The translations under genes were made by a program, and so were the position numbers. A stretch of DNA of 63,761 nucleotides, counting the filler, from Kipferlia bialata (lineage: Eukaryota), in assembly GCA_003568945.1 (NCBI GenBank). It is 5 parts of 5 records of this genome, joined end to end, with 100 filler letters (N's around TTAATTAATTAA, not from the genome) between each part and the next. Parts side by side here need not be neighbours in the genome. Positions count along the whole stretch, not along the records: positions 16,521 to 32,934 come from BDIP01000609.1; positions 33,035 to 49,427 come from BDIP01000610.1; 3 more parts are not named here. The stretch is one strand, 5' to 3'. Of the stretch, positions 27,001 through 40,372 are shown piece after piece; position 1 is the first letter of the stretch; each line of letters starts with the position of its first letter. The notes under the pieces were generated by a model. It searched no databases. It was given only the letters and a program-made list of their open reading frames with translations, and was not told where the DNA came from.

Positions 27001-30000
27001 AGGGCCCTGGAAGCAGAGACTCTTCCCATACCCAGTGGGGAGGACAGCCAGTACGTCACGACCTGGGGTCAGAGTACACGGGAAGACACACTCCCAGTAA
27101 TGAAGATACAAGTACATACACATAGAGAATACAGTGGACACACCTGACAGTGTTGCATTCATGACTGCTAGACTAGTATATGTATACAAGAGGTCAAATA
27201 CACATACATGTATATACATACATATATATGAATATAAACATTGATACCTGACAGTGCTGCATTCATGACGGGTAGCTGTGCTGGTCTGGGCCTAGGCACA
27301 CCCAGCCTGGACAGCACCCTTATGAGTCTGTCAGACCAGTGGTACTGGCCCCCATACTCTCTGACAGGCCCAGACACATCAGGGGACCACCCAGCCACTA
27401 GGGGTCTAGTGGCACCAGCAGCACTGCTAGGATGCCTAGGGTGTGCTGATCCTGTCTGGCCCTGCATGCCCATACCCATCCCTCCACCGAGGCCAGGCTT
27501 GGGACCTGACACCACGGGTGCAGAGACACCCTCACTCCCTGCAAAGGTGGTGGCTGGGGTCACTATACAGAGTTACATATGTAACACAATAATACGCATA
27601 ACCCATGCCCCACCTGGTATCCCCCTCATGTCATATGCGTTGTACCCACCCGTGGCCCTGTCTGCCATGCCTGGGGTAAGTACAGTAGGGGGGTAAGGTA
27701 TGTATATATGCACACTCTATCTGTATACCAGATGGTTAGGTAGCAACTATACCCAACACATACAATATTACTAGTGGCCCTGTCTGCCATGCCTGGGGGG
27801 TCAGGGTGTATACAGGGCAATCCATGAATATGCACTATACACATCAGGGCACCCAATGTACACGGGATGGGTAGGGAATACACCGTTGGATACCTCAGCA
27901 GTAATAGCGTATATATACCATTATAGAGTATGTACACAACACATGTGTGTCTGCACCTGCTGGTATTGTGGGCACCGTCGGGTCCATCCCCCTCTTGGGC
28001 TGGGGGGCAGGGGGGTCACTCTCAAAGTCAATGACATCATCATAGTCATCGGGTATGCCCCTCCCTCCCCCACCCATTACCCCCTGTCTACACATACCAC
28101 CCTGGGCCCCAGGGGTGACACCCCCCTGGCCACCGTATGGCAAGGGGGGAGGGGCATTGCTATTGTACCCCCCACCCTGAGGCATAGCACCACCCGTACC
28201 ACCATACCCTGCCCCATTACCATTACCATTGGCTGTGGGTATAGGCACCGCAGCCCCATTGAATGAGTCCACCTGTGGGACTATAGGGGAGGGGGGTCTG
28301 GGAATAGAGACTGCAGAGAGTGGCTGGGCATTGAATGCATACTCTACCCCACACTCTGACACCTCTGAGGGTGACTGGGTGGATAGGGACACAGGGACAG
28401 GGGGTAGAGAGTGGGCAGGGAAGAAGGTGCTGAGGGAGGGACCAGCCCTGGGTGGGATGGGGATGGAAGGGACAGGAGCCGCACCCATTGGCCCGGTCTC
28501 CACCACTTCCACGATGTCTATGTCTAGAGCATCGGTACCATGTCCATCACTGTCTCTCTCTCTCTCTCTCTCCCTATGCACAGATGGCACAGTCCCAGTG
28601 GGACGGGACACGGCAGACGGACCAGAGTTGGCATAAACAGGCGCAGGTACATGGTGGTATGGCCCCCCACCCATACCATGTGCAGTGTTAGAGTGGACAG
28701 GGGTGTCAACCCGTCTGTACGGGTTGTGGTTAGTGTCCTGTCTCTCCCTTTGGTATGGATTCCCACCTGCACCTGTGCCATATGCACCAGTGGATATATG
28801 TGGCTGGGGTGCATGTCCAGTAGAACTACCCTGCATACCACCCCCATACACACCATGTGAGTGGGACTGGGTGGGGATAGGTACCCCTGGCCCATGGCTC
28901 TCCACCTTGGGCTGTGCATACACATCGACATGGGCGCCACTAGAAGTCGTGTCTGTAGGCTGCTGGGGCTGGTGATAGACAGAGCGTGGGGTAGGTCTAC
29001 CATACAGACTAGACGTGCCACTACTGGGTGGTGCCTGTGGCTGGGGTGTAGGCTCCATGTGGATGTCAGGGGGGGATAGTTCCCCAGTGGACACAGGGGG
29101 TATACCAGCAGAGGGTGCGTATCCACTGGGTGCCCCCCTGTTGGGCTGTCCCATAGACAGGTACAGGGTCTCCCCCCCACCACTGGAACCATCCTCACTG
29201 TCACTGTCACTATCTAGATGGGAGAATAACCCATCTGACACAGGATGGGGGGCACCCCCAGTGACAGCAGAGGCACTAGGCACACAGGGCTGAGTGGGCA
29301 AGGGGTGAGTGGGCAGGGGGTGAGTGACACCAAACTGGGGGAGGGCACTGCTACTATCCCCTCCAGCACTAGAGTAGGACACAGGAGCACGCATATACCC
29401 TGCGCCCTGACCCCCATATGACTGTGAGGGGTATGTACTGTTGTTGCCCTCAGCCTTGGCCCTGAGGACAGGGTCAGGCAGGATACCCCCTCTAGAGTAT
29501 GACATGGGGTCAGTCCCACGGGAGGGGGGCACCCTGGGCATGCTGTACATGCCAGTAGAGACACTAGGGACAGGGGGGGCAGAGGGGGTGGGGGCTGGGC
29601 GTCTCTCCCTCTCCCTCTCCCTCTCCCCGCCTCCTACTTGTGTGGCCTGTCTGATGTATGCATCTATGTCCTGCATACCAGCGTCTATGTCACTGCTGTC
29701 ACTGTCGCTGGACTCCAGGCCACAGAGGGGGGAGGCATGGGAGACAGGAGGAGGGGGGCGGGAGGGTATGTTAGGGATGGAGGATGGTTTACCGGCAGAG
29801 ACAGAGACACCCCTGCTGCCCCTCTCCCTCATCCTCTCCCTCTCCCTCTCTGCCTGTGTGACCACCCCACCCTGTGTCATGCCCAGCCTCAGTGCCCTGT
29901 GCTCTGGTCCACCCCTCTTGACATCGGGGGACATGATCAGCTCGCTGGACTCCTCTGCCCCACCCTCACTTTCGGTGTCCCCAAAGCTCATGCACTCACT

Positions 30001-30216
30001 GTCCTCACCCTGGTTAGGGGTAGGGGCAGGGGCATAGGCATAGGGCCTGGGCACACGGGATGTGGATGCATTGGACTGACTGACGGGGACGCCTCTGCCC
30101 TGGGTACGTCCAGCCGGGTAGTCTCTCCCCTGTCTACCCCCCCTATACTGTGGACTAGGGCTAGGGGGTGTGTCATCTGACATGGACAGCACAGAGTCAG
30201 AGTCATCATACGGCAT
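24048..30216 (-). CDS. recQ: RecQ-family DNA helicase (BLM/Sgs1-like architecture with a long disordered N-terminus)
   Basis: [12 protein letters not shown] (motif I), [13 protein letters not shown] (Ia), [25 protein letters not shown] (II), LTATA (III), [13 protein letters not shown] (IV), [18 protein letters not shown] (V), YMQEIGRAGRDG (VI), Cys-rich RQC-like CRR. First exon of about 750 codons is Ser/Pro/Gly-rich. Confidence 0.93.
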
Positions 30217-30510
30217 GTGGTCTCTCTCTCTCTCTCTCTCTCTCTATAGATCAAGTGCCGCCTAATGTGGACCCCCTGCTCAGAGTGCTGTATGCCACTG
30301 AGTCAGAGAGTATGGGCCACTCCCGGCATGTACCCTATCTGACAAGGACACAGTATGTCAAGCACAAAGAGAGAGGGCGGCAAGATCTCTCTGTTTCATC
30401 CGATTCGGAGTCCCGCGTTGAAAACCCATCAGACACCCTCTCTCTCTCTTATTGAGACTGAGTGTGTTGCAACCCATAACTGTACCCCGCGTGTCTGAGA
30501 CATATACGTC

Positions 30511-31963
30511 ATGCTGCATGACTCTGAGCAGCTAGCCCTGCTGGATAGACTGAGTCATGACCGACAGGACGTGGAGTTCCTGTCAGTTGCCAGTGTCCTG
30601 AGACAGAGGGCCAGTGGGAGTCTGCTATTAGGAATAGTGCTCAGGGAGAGTGTGTTCATAGAGCAGCACTACAGACATGACCACACACTGAGACAGAGGG
30701 CGCAGCAGGGGGCAATGCATCTGGTATGTGTGTATATATATGTATACACAACCCAATCCAATCTGACACCCAGTACACTGCCCTGCTCTCTGTCCACAAG
30801 GCATGTCCCTGCCCCCAGAGGCTGCTACAGGCATGCTACTTAGTCACCAGACTCTGCCCCCCCTCTCCTGCTGTGATATCCCTCGGCCTCTCTCTCTCCC
30901 TCTCTGCACCCTGTCAACACCCAGAGGCAGCAGTGTTCTTCGCAAGGTAAGAATGTATGTATATATGTATATACCAACATAATGGCTACCAATGGCTTCT
31001 GTCAGTGTTGAATCTGCCTCCCCCCCCCCCCCCCCCCCCCCCCTTCCCCCCCCCCCCCCCCCCCTCACCCAGTCTTCTTTGCCACCTTCCACATCATGCT
31101 GATGGTGGTGTGGGTCAGGAGGGCACAGACATACCTGTGGCAGACGATACCAGCACACATATGCATGATGGCCACGGTGCTGCTGACAACCTGGAGGGGA
31201 GGTGGGATGAGAGTGTGTTGTGACACTATAGTTTACCATGAGTGGTCACGTTGACCTGACCCCCAGGCCCTGTGATAGGTGAGCCCATCAACTGGGTGAC
31301 AGTGCTGACCACGGGCACATACTTTGGACTCATCAATCTGCAGGTGGGCGCTCTATCCCTAACAGATAGACTGACCAATGTCACATACCCACTGTGTATC
31401 CCCTCTCACCCAGACCTTCCTGGCCTCTGCCACCCCCAAGCCCCAGTTTGCAGGCAGGACACTCGGGACCACCCAGGTATGATAGGGTGTTGGTAGTGTA
31501 TGGGCTCACACTTCCGATGATCTCATAACTATACTAGAATGGGGCCTTCTATTCATATTCCAATCTACCCCACCCCCACTGACCCCAGCCCTGGCTGTTC
31601 CCTGTGCTTGCTGGGTGGAGTTTCATCCTGTCAGACATTGTGGTTATCACAATGGTATTCCTGCTGCACCACGGTACGTTGGTGTGTTATTGTGTGTTTG
31701 TGACACGCTATGCAAGTACGAGTGTACCCTGATATTCATGGTACTCCTCTCTTCCCCTCATGCCAGGGCTGCTGCGTGACGTTGTGGTCATGATACCCTA
31801 CTATGGGGGCCTGGCCCTGGTTGTGGGCACCACTGTGTTCTTCCCGACAGCCGACGAGGGCCGCTCCCCAGCCCCCTCCCAGCCTATCAAGCAGACCCTG
31901 CCCCTGGAGGGTGTGGTGGGGCAGGGGGAGGCTGCCGCAGACACCGTTGTACAGTCTGACTGA
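30511..31963 (+). CDS. Multi-pass membrane protein of unknown family
   Basis: ATG 30511. Exons with hydrophobic stretches (VFFATFHIMLMVVWV, NWVTVLTTGTYFGLINLQ, WSFILSDIVVITMVFLLH, YYGGLALVVGTTVFFP). TGA at 31961-31963. Confidence 0.65.
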
Positions 31964-32070
31964 GGGACTAGGGTGGGGTTGTGTGGAGGAATAGATCTAG
32001 TCAGGACTGTATGGTGTAGTTCAAAGAGTAGGGTGCTGTATGTAATGTCAGATTGGAGTGACAAGTTGTC

Positions 32071-32592
32071 ATGAGAGGGAACGTTGAAACGTCTCGCACT
32101 GTTTTGGGTCTGACAAGCTGACTCAGCAGTGACTATTCATCCCCTCTCTACAGCTCCCATCCCGCTGGAGGGCGTTTGTGTGCTCTCTTCAGCAACAGTC
32201 AAGAGCATCCAAGTCCCCCATCTGTGCACATACACCGATATACCCACCCTGTCTCTCTGCCCAGTGACCTGTCTTTGCAGTCTCAGAGGTCTCTTGTGTC
32301 TGCTGCATATATCCACAGATCAGTGCACCAACACTGCACCTCTCCGTGTATCAAGCCATCAGCTAGTGCACCACACAGTGTATTTATGTCTAAGGCCTCT
32401 GGCAAGTGTGAGTGTGTGTGCCACTTTGACCCAGGTGTGTGGTGTGTTCGAATATTGGCTGTTGGCAGTTCTCTCCCACTCTCTCCCCATACTTTCACAC
32501 TCACCCCCAGACGACCGGTCCCACCCCAAGCGCCATGCCCCGATGGTCATGTGCGACACATGCCAGGTGCACATACGATGATAGCATGTCTG

Positions 32593-32629
<37 letters not shown>

Positions 32630-32832
32630 CCCCAGAAGTGGTTCCACCTTGCCTGCATAGGCATCGATGAGGCCAAGCTCGACAACCTGGACGGACAGTC
32701 AGAGTGGTGAGGGGGTGCACTATATATATGTATACATATATATGGTCAGTGGTATTGGTAGTCAATTATGGATATCCCCTCTGACCCCCAGGTCATGTGC
32801 GTTCTGTAGGCTCAGGGACAAGTACGCAGCAG
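32071..32832 (+). CDS. PHD-finger protein (start uncertain; 3' truncated by the contig end)
   Basis: Spliced exons give CECVC...MVMCDTCQKWFHLACIGI...EWSCAFC, which fits the Cys4-His-Cys3 PHD pattern. Confidence 0.75.
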
Positions 32833-32890
32833 GTATGGGGCGTGCATATGAGTCTCTCTCTCTCTCTCTCCCTTTCTCTCTCTGTCTCTC

Positions 32891-32934
<44 letters not shown>

Positions 32935-33034
32935 NNNNNNNNNNNNNNNNNNNNNNNNNNNNNNNNNNNNNNNNNNNNTTAATTAATTAANNNNNNNNNN
33001 NNNNNNNNNNNNNNNNNNNNNNNNNNNNNNNNNN
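32935..33034. other. Artificial contig linker
   Basis: N44-TTAATTAATTAA-N44. Confidence 0.97.
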
Positions 33035-33121
33035 ACGGTCCAGGACTGTGTGGGGGGGCGGGGGGGGGGTAGGGATAGAGAGACTAATAAATATACTGAT
33101 TGTCTTAGAGCACCCTAGTAC

Positions 33122-33334
33122 CTCGACAGACACTGTCTTTGTCTGTGCACCCTCCCCCTGCACGCCAAAGGCAACCTCCGCATCCTCTCTCTCGACCTCC
33201 TCGCCTTGGGTGAGATAAGAGACATAGAGAATATCAGTGTGGATATTGAATCTACACAGGTATGGGAATAGGCTGCAGATACCTACAAGGGGCCTGATAC
33301 GGACGAACACCTGCACATTACTGTGTTCAGACAT
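33122..33334 (-). CDS. Kinesin motor protein, N-terminal exons only (truncated)
   Basis: MSEHSNVQVFVRIRPL matches the kinesin motor first strand (V.VR.RP). Confidence 0.75.
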
Positions 33335-34162
33335 GATGATGATGATGTTGCAGAATATTGAAGAGAGGGGTGTGTGTGGTGATCACAGTGTGATAAGGAA
33401 TTGATGATTGATTATCAGCTTGGTAATCAATCATCTGATCTTGCAATATGAGGCGAAGTCTATGTGGCTAGTTGTGTGGTTCGTGTGCACTCACCGTATG
33501 GGCCCCGAGGTGTGTGGGTTGTCTGGTGCCTTAGTCAACTCCGACCAACGTCCTGATGTGAGTAGTTCAGTGCCGTTCATTGAACGTCATTCGTTTGCAT
33601 ATGTTCATAGCATGGTTTTGCTGGGCACTGTTGGAGGTAAGGGTTACTATGTAGCGAGGTAGATGAGATAACACAAGATCTTCATCCCACACTTGTAGTG
33701 TGATACTATATCTCTAGATTCAGAGTATGCGAGTTGGCAAATCCAATGATTGCGTTGGTCGGTAGTACCGACTCGGTACATCCCTTCTATCTTCTACTTC
33801 CACTCTGACGAATGGCAATCAAACTGCAAACACTGCAAGCGCTGGAATCCCGTTGAGATTATAGTTGAACTTCAACTGTTGAAGAAATACTCACATATAC
33901 TCTGTCCCCTTTAGTGTTCCCTTGACATGGCATCACTGAACAGGGCCCTGTCTGAGGAGTTCCTCTTCTCTCATTCTGCTTCTACCTTTCCTTACCAAGG
34001 TATCTTACATAGGCCTCACCCTTATCAGGATGTGACTCATGAGTCATGAGTGAGTGTTCAGTGGTGTTGCCCCTCACATTATTGAGGGTGTAAGTAGCAA
34101 AAACCGGATTGTTTCCGGATATTCTGGGAACGTCATCCTCTACCTCTCTTCCACTTCTGAGG

Positions 34163-34716
34163 ATGCCTCGTGCAGTGAAGGTGCCCGCTGGGGTTGATGC
34201 TAGTGGCCGAGATGCGTCACTATGGGGTATGACCTTCGACACTGCACAGGGGCTATTGACAGAGATGGAAAGACAGTCTGGGAGGCAGTGGCAGATGGTG
34301 GGGAGGGGGGTCAAGCAGAGGCGGGCCAAGTGTCTCTCTGGAGCAGGGGCAGAGCCCTATAGGAGACCCCCAGTGCTGAGCTGGGCGTGTGAGTGTGAGG
34401 TGTATGTGGAGATCAAAGGTATGTGCAAGATATAGTAATGCGTATCAATTATGGTATGTCACTATCACTCACTCTATCATAGTACTGTATCTCTGTGTAG
34501 TTCAGTTCTCTGATCAGTAGCAGGTCAGTTCCGCCTGGGAAAGTTCCGCAGCTCTGTGCATCACAATCAGTGTCTCGAGAATGGACAGGTGTATTTAGTA
34601 TATACAATATTCATATACATTATATACATATATTGCATATATATAACATATACATTGTGTGTGCTGTATCCTACTATTGGATTCCTCTCTCGTAGGTTGA
34701 AGACTCTGTATTGTAA
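34163..34716 (+). CDS. Small (~115 aa) protein resembling a FAR1/WRKY-GCM1-type zinc DNA-binding domain
   Basis: Exons 34163-34418, 34518-34588 and 34696-34716 splice in phase: GMTFDT...RAKCLSG...WACECEVYVEIK...FRLGKF...HHNQC, TAA stop. Confidence 0.5.
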
Positions 34717-35107
34717 ACACCACGATGAAAAGAACCTAGAACCTCGTGATAATAATTGCAGTCTTCATAATGTATGATGTAGACAGTGCCACAGTGATAT
34801 ATATGTATATGAAACACATACTCAGTATGTGACATACTGTCTTCTTCTAACACAGCCTCTCCCCCAGCTTCGCATCCTGACCCCCGCCAAGACCCCAGTT
34901 TCTTCACCCCCTGGGGTGTGTGTGTCACTTAACCCTGTGGCTGTCCATGGGACATCTGAGGTAATACAGCTGTATACTGTCTAAGCATAATTCTCAACAT
35001 ATGGTATATGAGACAGTCCTATATATATCATAGTTCTTTACTGCTTCTTGACCGTGCTTTGCCCCTCAGATGTCAGGACTATTAATTCTAGTTAATAACT
35101 AGTAGTT

Positions 35108-36243
35108 ATGGTAAGTCTACTCGATACTGATATACAGGCGTTGTCCACAGTACATAGGACATTCACACCTGTTGGTGTGTTGAGTTCTATTCCATACTTA
35201 TACACTAGGTGTTCTGCTTACCAGAGTCCAACATCCATCACTGCGTGACAGTCACTTTAGCCGCAGAAGGATCAGACACGACACGTCTGTCTGCATGTAT
35301 GGACAGAAGAACCACGCCTGGGGTAGTCGCGGCGGCATTCAACTGTGTGAAAGTCGGTACAAGGCTATATGTACCCACACACACATACAACCAGACTCTG
35401 ACTCGTATTGTTCCCGTCATGCTTGTGAATGACATGGATACTGGGGTGTGGCACGAGGAGGCATGGTGCAAGGGCGGCCCCACTGTGGACTGTCAGCTGT
35501 GGGCCATGGGGCACTACATATACGCTCTCGGTCACACGGAGCCCAGCCCAGAGTCCAAGGTTGCCCGGGGATACACTTGCTTCAGGCGCTATGACACTGA
35601 TCAACGTAGATGGACGGCTATTGGCCTACCTACAATACTGGGTGGAGTAACAAGAGTGAGAGGTACCACCAACGGGCAGTGCATCAGGCATCCCTTCCCT
35701 GACGAGCTCTCTCTCCGCCCCTCAGACCAACAGTGTGCTGTGGCTGTGGTAACGGACACCGCATATGTCTTTTGCTGTAAGGCCACCTCAATTGCGGTTG
35801 TCACAGCCTACAGACACAAGTCCAGACCTTCTGGGGGCTGGTGGAAGTGCCGTAGCCACTATGCAAGACACACTCTCTTCAAGACATATATATGTCAGAT
35901 GCAGAGAGCACGGGGAGAGAAGGGACTGACTCTGATATCTGCCATAGTATGTGGTCGACGTATAGTGCTAGTGGACAAGCCTCCCAACGCTAGAGGACGT
36001 GGGACGAACCAACAGTCGAACATTACCACTTACTACGCTGTGTTTGATACCATCTCTGAGGAGTGGTGCGAGTGGGATGACCTTGGTATCGATAACCACG
36101 TTGTGCAGGCTGAGGATGGACGCATAGTCTACACACAGAGAGAGAAAGGAAGGGAGGGTCCTCGTCTACAGGTGTTCAGTCAGGCGGAGGTGGATCCGAC
36201 CCTCCTCTACCCACACCCAGACATGAGATGGGCGGAGTACTAG
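35108..36243 (+). CDS. Kelch-like beta-propeller protein
   Basis: 344-codon exon with kelch-like units (LYV...DMDTGVW, IYALG...YDTDQRRW, FDTISEEW) ending LYPHPDMRWAEY-TAG. Possible ATG|GT micro first exon at 35108-35110. Confidence 0.65.
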
Positions 36244-36678
36244 ACAAACCCAGAGTCAACTGAATGTATTGGTGATATTTACACATCTTCATTTACAGCA
36301 CTGCATTATACTGCATTTAGTATTAGGGTTGGCATGCGACGTCACCTGGCAAGAATCTTGCGACATGCGACATGTCAGGCTATGACTGTAAGCATATATG
36401 CATTCACTCACTGTATGGCTACCACAAAATAGTGACAAGGGAGTGGTCAGATACCTCATCAGGGGACACACAAACTCCAGCAGCATCCCTCCATTCCTGC
36501 ACTGCACTATGATAACTTTAAGGGGTGTCAGGGGGCCGAGGAGGATCATCTGGAGACCTAACACTGTGTAGAGAGACGTCTACAACACTACCTAGACCCT
36601 TTTGCGATGCAGGTGTATTTGCCACTTGAAGTTGACTCGTTGATGAGTAACCATCGTCTTCCCTCTCTCTACCCTGCC

Positions 36679-36958
36679 ATGGCAGGTCCCGAAGAGGATG
36701 ACAGCTCCACGTGGATATGCAAGGAGCCTCCTGTATGCGGCAAGGGGGTAGAGGAGGAGAAGGAGGCGGAGGAGGTTGTGGTGGATCCCGCCACCCAGGT
36801 ATATGCCCTATAACTCATCAGTTCTGGTACTAAGTGATCATATTTACTGTTCCTGACCCCTAGGCGGCCGTCAGAGCCCTCCGAGCTGAGATGATGAGGG
36901 AAAGGATGAGAGGACTCGCCGGGTTCCGCCCAGAGAGCATAGAGCAGCTGAAGACTAG
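36679..36958 (+). CDS. Hypothetical protein fragment (two clear exons, 3' end unresolved)
   Basis: MAGPEEDD...DPATQ, intron 36799-36863, AAVRALRAEMMRERMRGLAGFRPESIEQLKT. Confidence 0.45.
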
Positions 36959-37680
36959 GTATGAAGTATATATACTCTTGTAAGAAGTATACTCTAGTAT
37001 GTGTACAAAGAGGGGACTCGTGCATTCAGGACAGAGAGTCAGTATAGCATGGCAAGGTGTGTGTGTAATCATAGTATGGACTTCAGGTATATACAGTATG
37101 CTGTTAGATGAGAGTGGTCAGGAGAGGTACGCCTTCAGGTCTCTCTCTCTCTCTCTCTCTCCACCCTTGCTTCCCGTTAGAGAACGTAAATGCAAGTATA
37201 TTTCTTCTTCTCAGACACACATACCCTAATAGGTTAGTTCTATCCCCCCCCCCCCCCCCCCCTCCACCCACTCATTCCATTGTCTTCCTCTGTCACCCCC
37301 ATTCCACTTTGTGTTTCTGACACAGGTTATGAGTTTATACTATCATACTACATTGTAGATACATGATATGCATTGAAATGTTGCATCAGTGGCTCTCTTT
37401 CACTACCCACCCCCTACACCCACACCTGAATGCTACCCCTATCATCTTTCCTTCGCTACCCCAATACTCCGGTATATATGCTCATGACTGCATTGACTAA
37501 GCTTATACTACAGCTGTGGGTATATTTTACTATATATACTGTAATAGTTGTCAAGGAATATAGTATGTACTGACTGCAATGACAAGGTCCCCACTGCATC
37601 TGCTATTCTATATACTAAATACTGTATATACATTGTACTATATATATTATCTACTGTATATATTAGCTTACTCCAGTGAC

Positions 37681-39399
37681 ATGGCCCCTGGTTCCACTCC
37701 CCCTACAGAGAGTGATCTCTCCGTCAAGACCGAGCCCCAACTGTACCAGAAGGTATTAGTATATTTAAATATTGATTATTAATGGCAATGCATATTCAAC
37801 ATCAAGACGGTATTCATATGTATATATCATACTACTATCACTGATGCTTTCCACAAGGTTAAGGCAGTGTATATATGGATATCATAGATATGTATATAGT
37901 ATATACATATTTTTATATACACTACTTGTACTTGTTGTAAGTTCAAGACAGTATATATGGTATGCATATATATATATACACAGATATGTATGTGTTTGTG
38001 TAGTACTGTTCTGCTTCTGATACGAGGTCCTAGCACTATTTGTATGGTCTGTTTGGTACTGGTATGGATACTGATACTCATAGAAGGTCGCAGCAATTGA
38101 ATTGTGTGTATGATAGTGGTTGTCAGTATATCTCAGTCATATATTGATAGTACTGATTCAAGGTTAAGAAGGCCCATGAGGTCAGGCTGGGCTCTCTGAA
38201 TCCAGAGCAGATAGAGTCGCTCCTCAATGACAAGAGGGCTCTTCAGGATGAGAACACCACCCTCAAGAGTGAGAATGCTTCTCTCAGGAGGGACAACACA
38301 GAGCTGAGGCAACAGGTGTGTGTTTCCATGTGTATTCCATGCGTGATGAATAGTATTGCAATTATAGATATGGAATACATTTCCTATTGAGCATTCACAT
38401 ACACCACTTACATTCAGCTAGAGGTCCTCCAGAAGACAGACAGAGAGAGGGAGAGGGAGAGTGAGAGGGAGGGAGAGAGGGAGAGGGAGGGAGAGAGGGA
38501 GATGGAGGAGTTCTCGTTGTCTCCCAGGTACTTGAAGATATATTATATATTCTATATATTCTTGTGTCATTGTCCAATGATGTGTGCACCAAGTATTGTA
38601 ATTATAACAGCCAATTCTAACCCTAAATGCACTTTGGATTTCTATCAGTCATCACTCACCCATTAGCGAGCCTCAGTCGAAGCGCGCTGCTGTTGAAGAC
38701 AACGACGCTGAGCTAGAGGACTCTGCAGATGAGCAGCAGTTCATGTTCGGTACCCAGGAGTACCAAGACGAGAGGGAGAGGATGCTGACTCGGGAGAGAG
38801 AGGGAAAGGACATCAGGGTGAAGCCCTGCCCCCTTGCTGAGTCCATGCCAAGGTCCGCTATCAGCCACGTGTATGACGACTTCTGGGTGTTTGTGACACG
38901 GGAGGGTCTCTGTGAGATACTCAAGGAAACCAAAGCATGCCCCAGGTATTCTCCTGGATGGACAAGGCAAAGGGGCGGTCCACTCCCTAGCTTCCGTCGC
39001 AGCACACTGAGGGAGCTCCACCAGCAGGTCGCCAAGTACGCCGGAGACCCACCTCCCTCTAGGGGTTCCAACTGCGACACAGATACCCTGGTCGATGATC
39101 TGACCGAGTGGGCCATGCGCAGGACTCCTGACCAGTTCGCTTCTGATATGAAGAGCATCACACATTGGAGCCACGGGCACACCGACACTGACGTCTGGAG
39201 CAAGAGGCGGTACCACGATACATGTTCGTCATCCATGTTCGTTACCATGGGTATGTTCAGTTACACCGAGCACGGCACCCAGGCTATTTGGACTAGTAGA
39301 CACTCTCTGATCACACAACTGGCCGTAGTCACAGGGAGCACGTGGGAGACCGTTGGAAGAGGTACTTCAGTGAGAGATTGTTCTATATTGGGATTCTGA
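37681..39399 (+). CDS. Hypothetical protein with an N-terminal coiled coil and a globular C-terminal region
   Basis: ATG 37681 MAPGSTPP. Heptad exon KRALQDENTTLKSENASLRRDNTELRQQ. Last exon of about 240 codons ends at TGA 39399. Confidence 0.65.
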
Positions 39400-40372
39400 A
39401 ACATTGATACACTGATTCCATATTCTCTAATAGTGATTCAAGTAGTCATCTATTAGTGTCATCAGTTCCGACAGCTCCCAATGTATCTTTGACACGTGTC
39501 AGAGGTCTCTATAACCGAATCTAACATTAGGCTATGTGAGTTGCGATAAGCCTCCTTTCCATGTTAGGGTCGTGGAGAAAGATGGCGGGATAGTCATGGA
39601 TTGGCGTAGTGGCAAGCACATTACAGCGCGAGCCGCACTAGCGAGACGGGCCAGGGTTTTGAAGTGGACAGCTGAGCGGGATACCGCAGAGACTAACTGA
39701 GTGATGTGGTAATTGGAGGGTCTTACGGCGTATTAGTCCCTCTTTAGAATAATAGCAGTCTGCTAGTAGCAGGTTACCGTATCACAGCTGTGGAGTGTTA
39801 CTAGTAATGGAGCAACTCCAGCATCGAGACGAGTGGAGTAGTCAATAGAATCGTTGATGGAAGAGAGACTGTGTTCGACTATCAAGACATCCTAAGAGAA
39901 GCTCACAAGTTGTTGAATGTAATTGGATGTAATTAGGGCAGTACCTTCAGAGGCGACATAGAATGTATTTATGAATCATAGTGTCAAAGACTGTCACAGT
40001 GATTGGTATAGCTTCAACACCCAGAGAATACTCTGGCACAACACTCTATTGCGGTCTCCCCCCCACCAGACCCATATCATAGGGGTCACAGAGTGCCACA
40101 CTCTCATGCCCCCTTCTCTCTCTCTTGTTCTTATGCACACTGGGTAGGGGCAGGAGGGAGACACCGAGGAGATAGGAGGTGACCCTCTCGCCTGGTATAA
40201 GAGATATATATGATATTTACAAGCACAGATGCATACATATGTATGATAATGAGGGTAGACACCGAGGAGATACAAGGTGACTCTCTCGCCTAGAATGAGA
40301 AAAGGGACTGTAAACAAATGTGACTATATGGACACACACAGATGTTATGTTTGTACCCAGTATTGAGAGATG

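Noticed and set aside
14332..36243. Non-standard genetic code (TAA/TAG = Gln as in hexamitine diplomonads)
   Set aside because: Genes appear to terminate at TAG/TAA (14332, 34716, 36243), and long exons contain no in-frame TAR.
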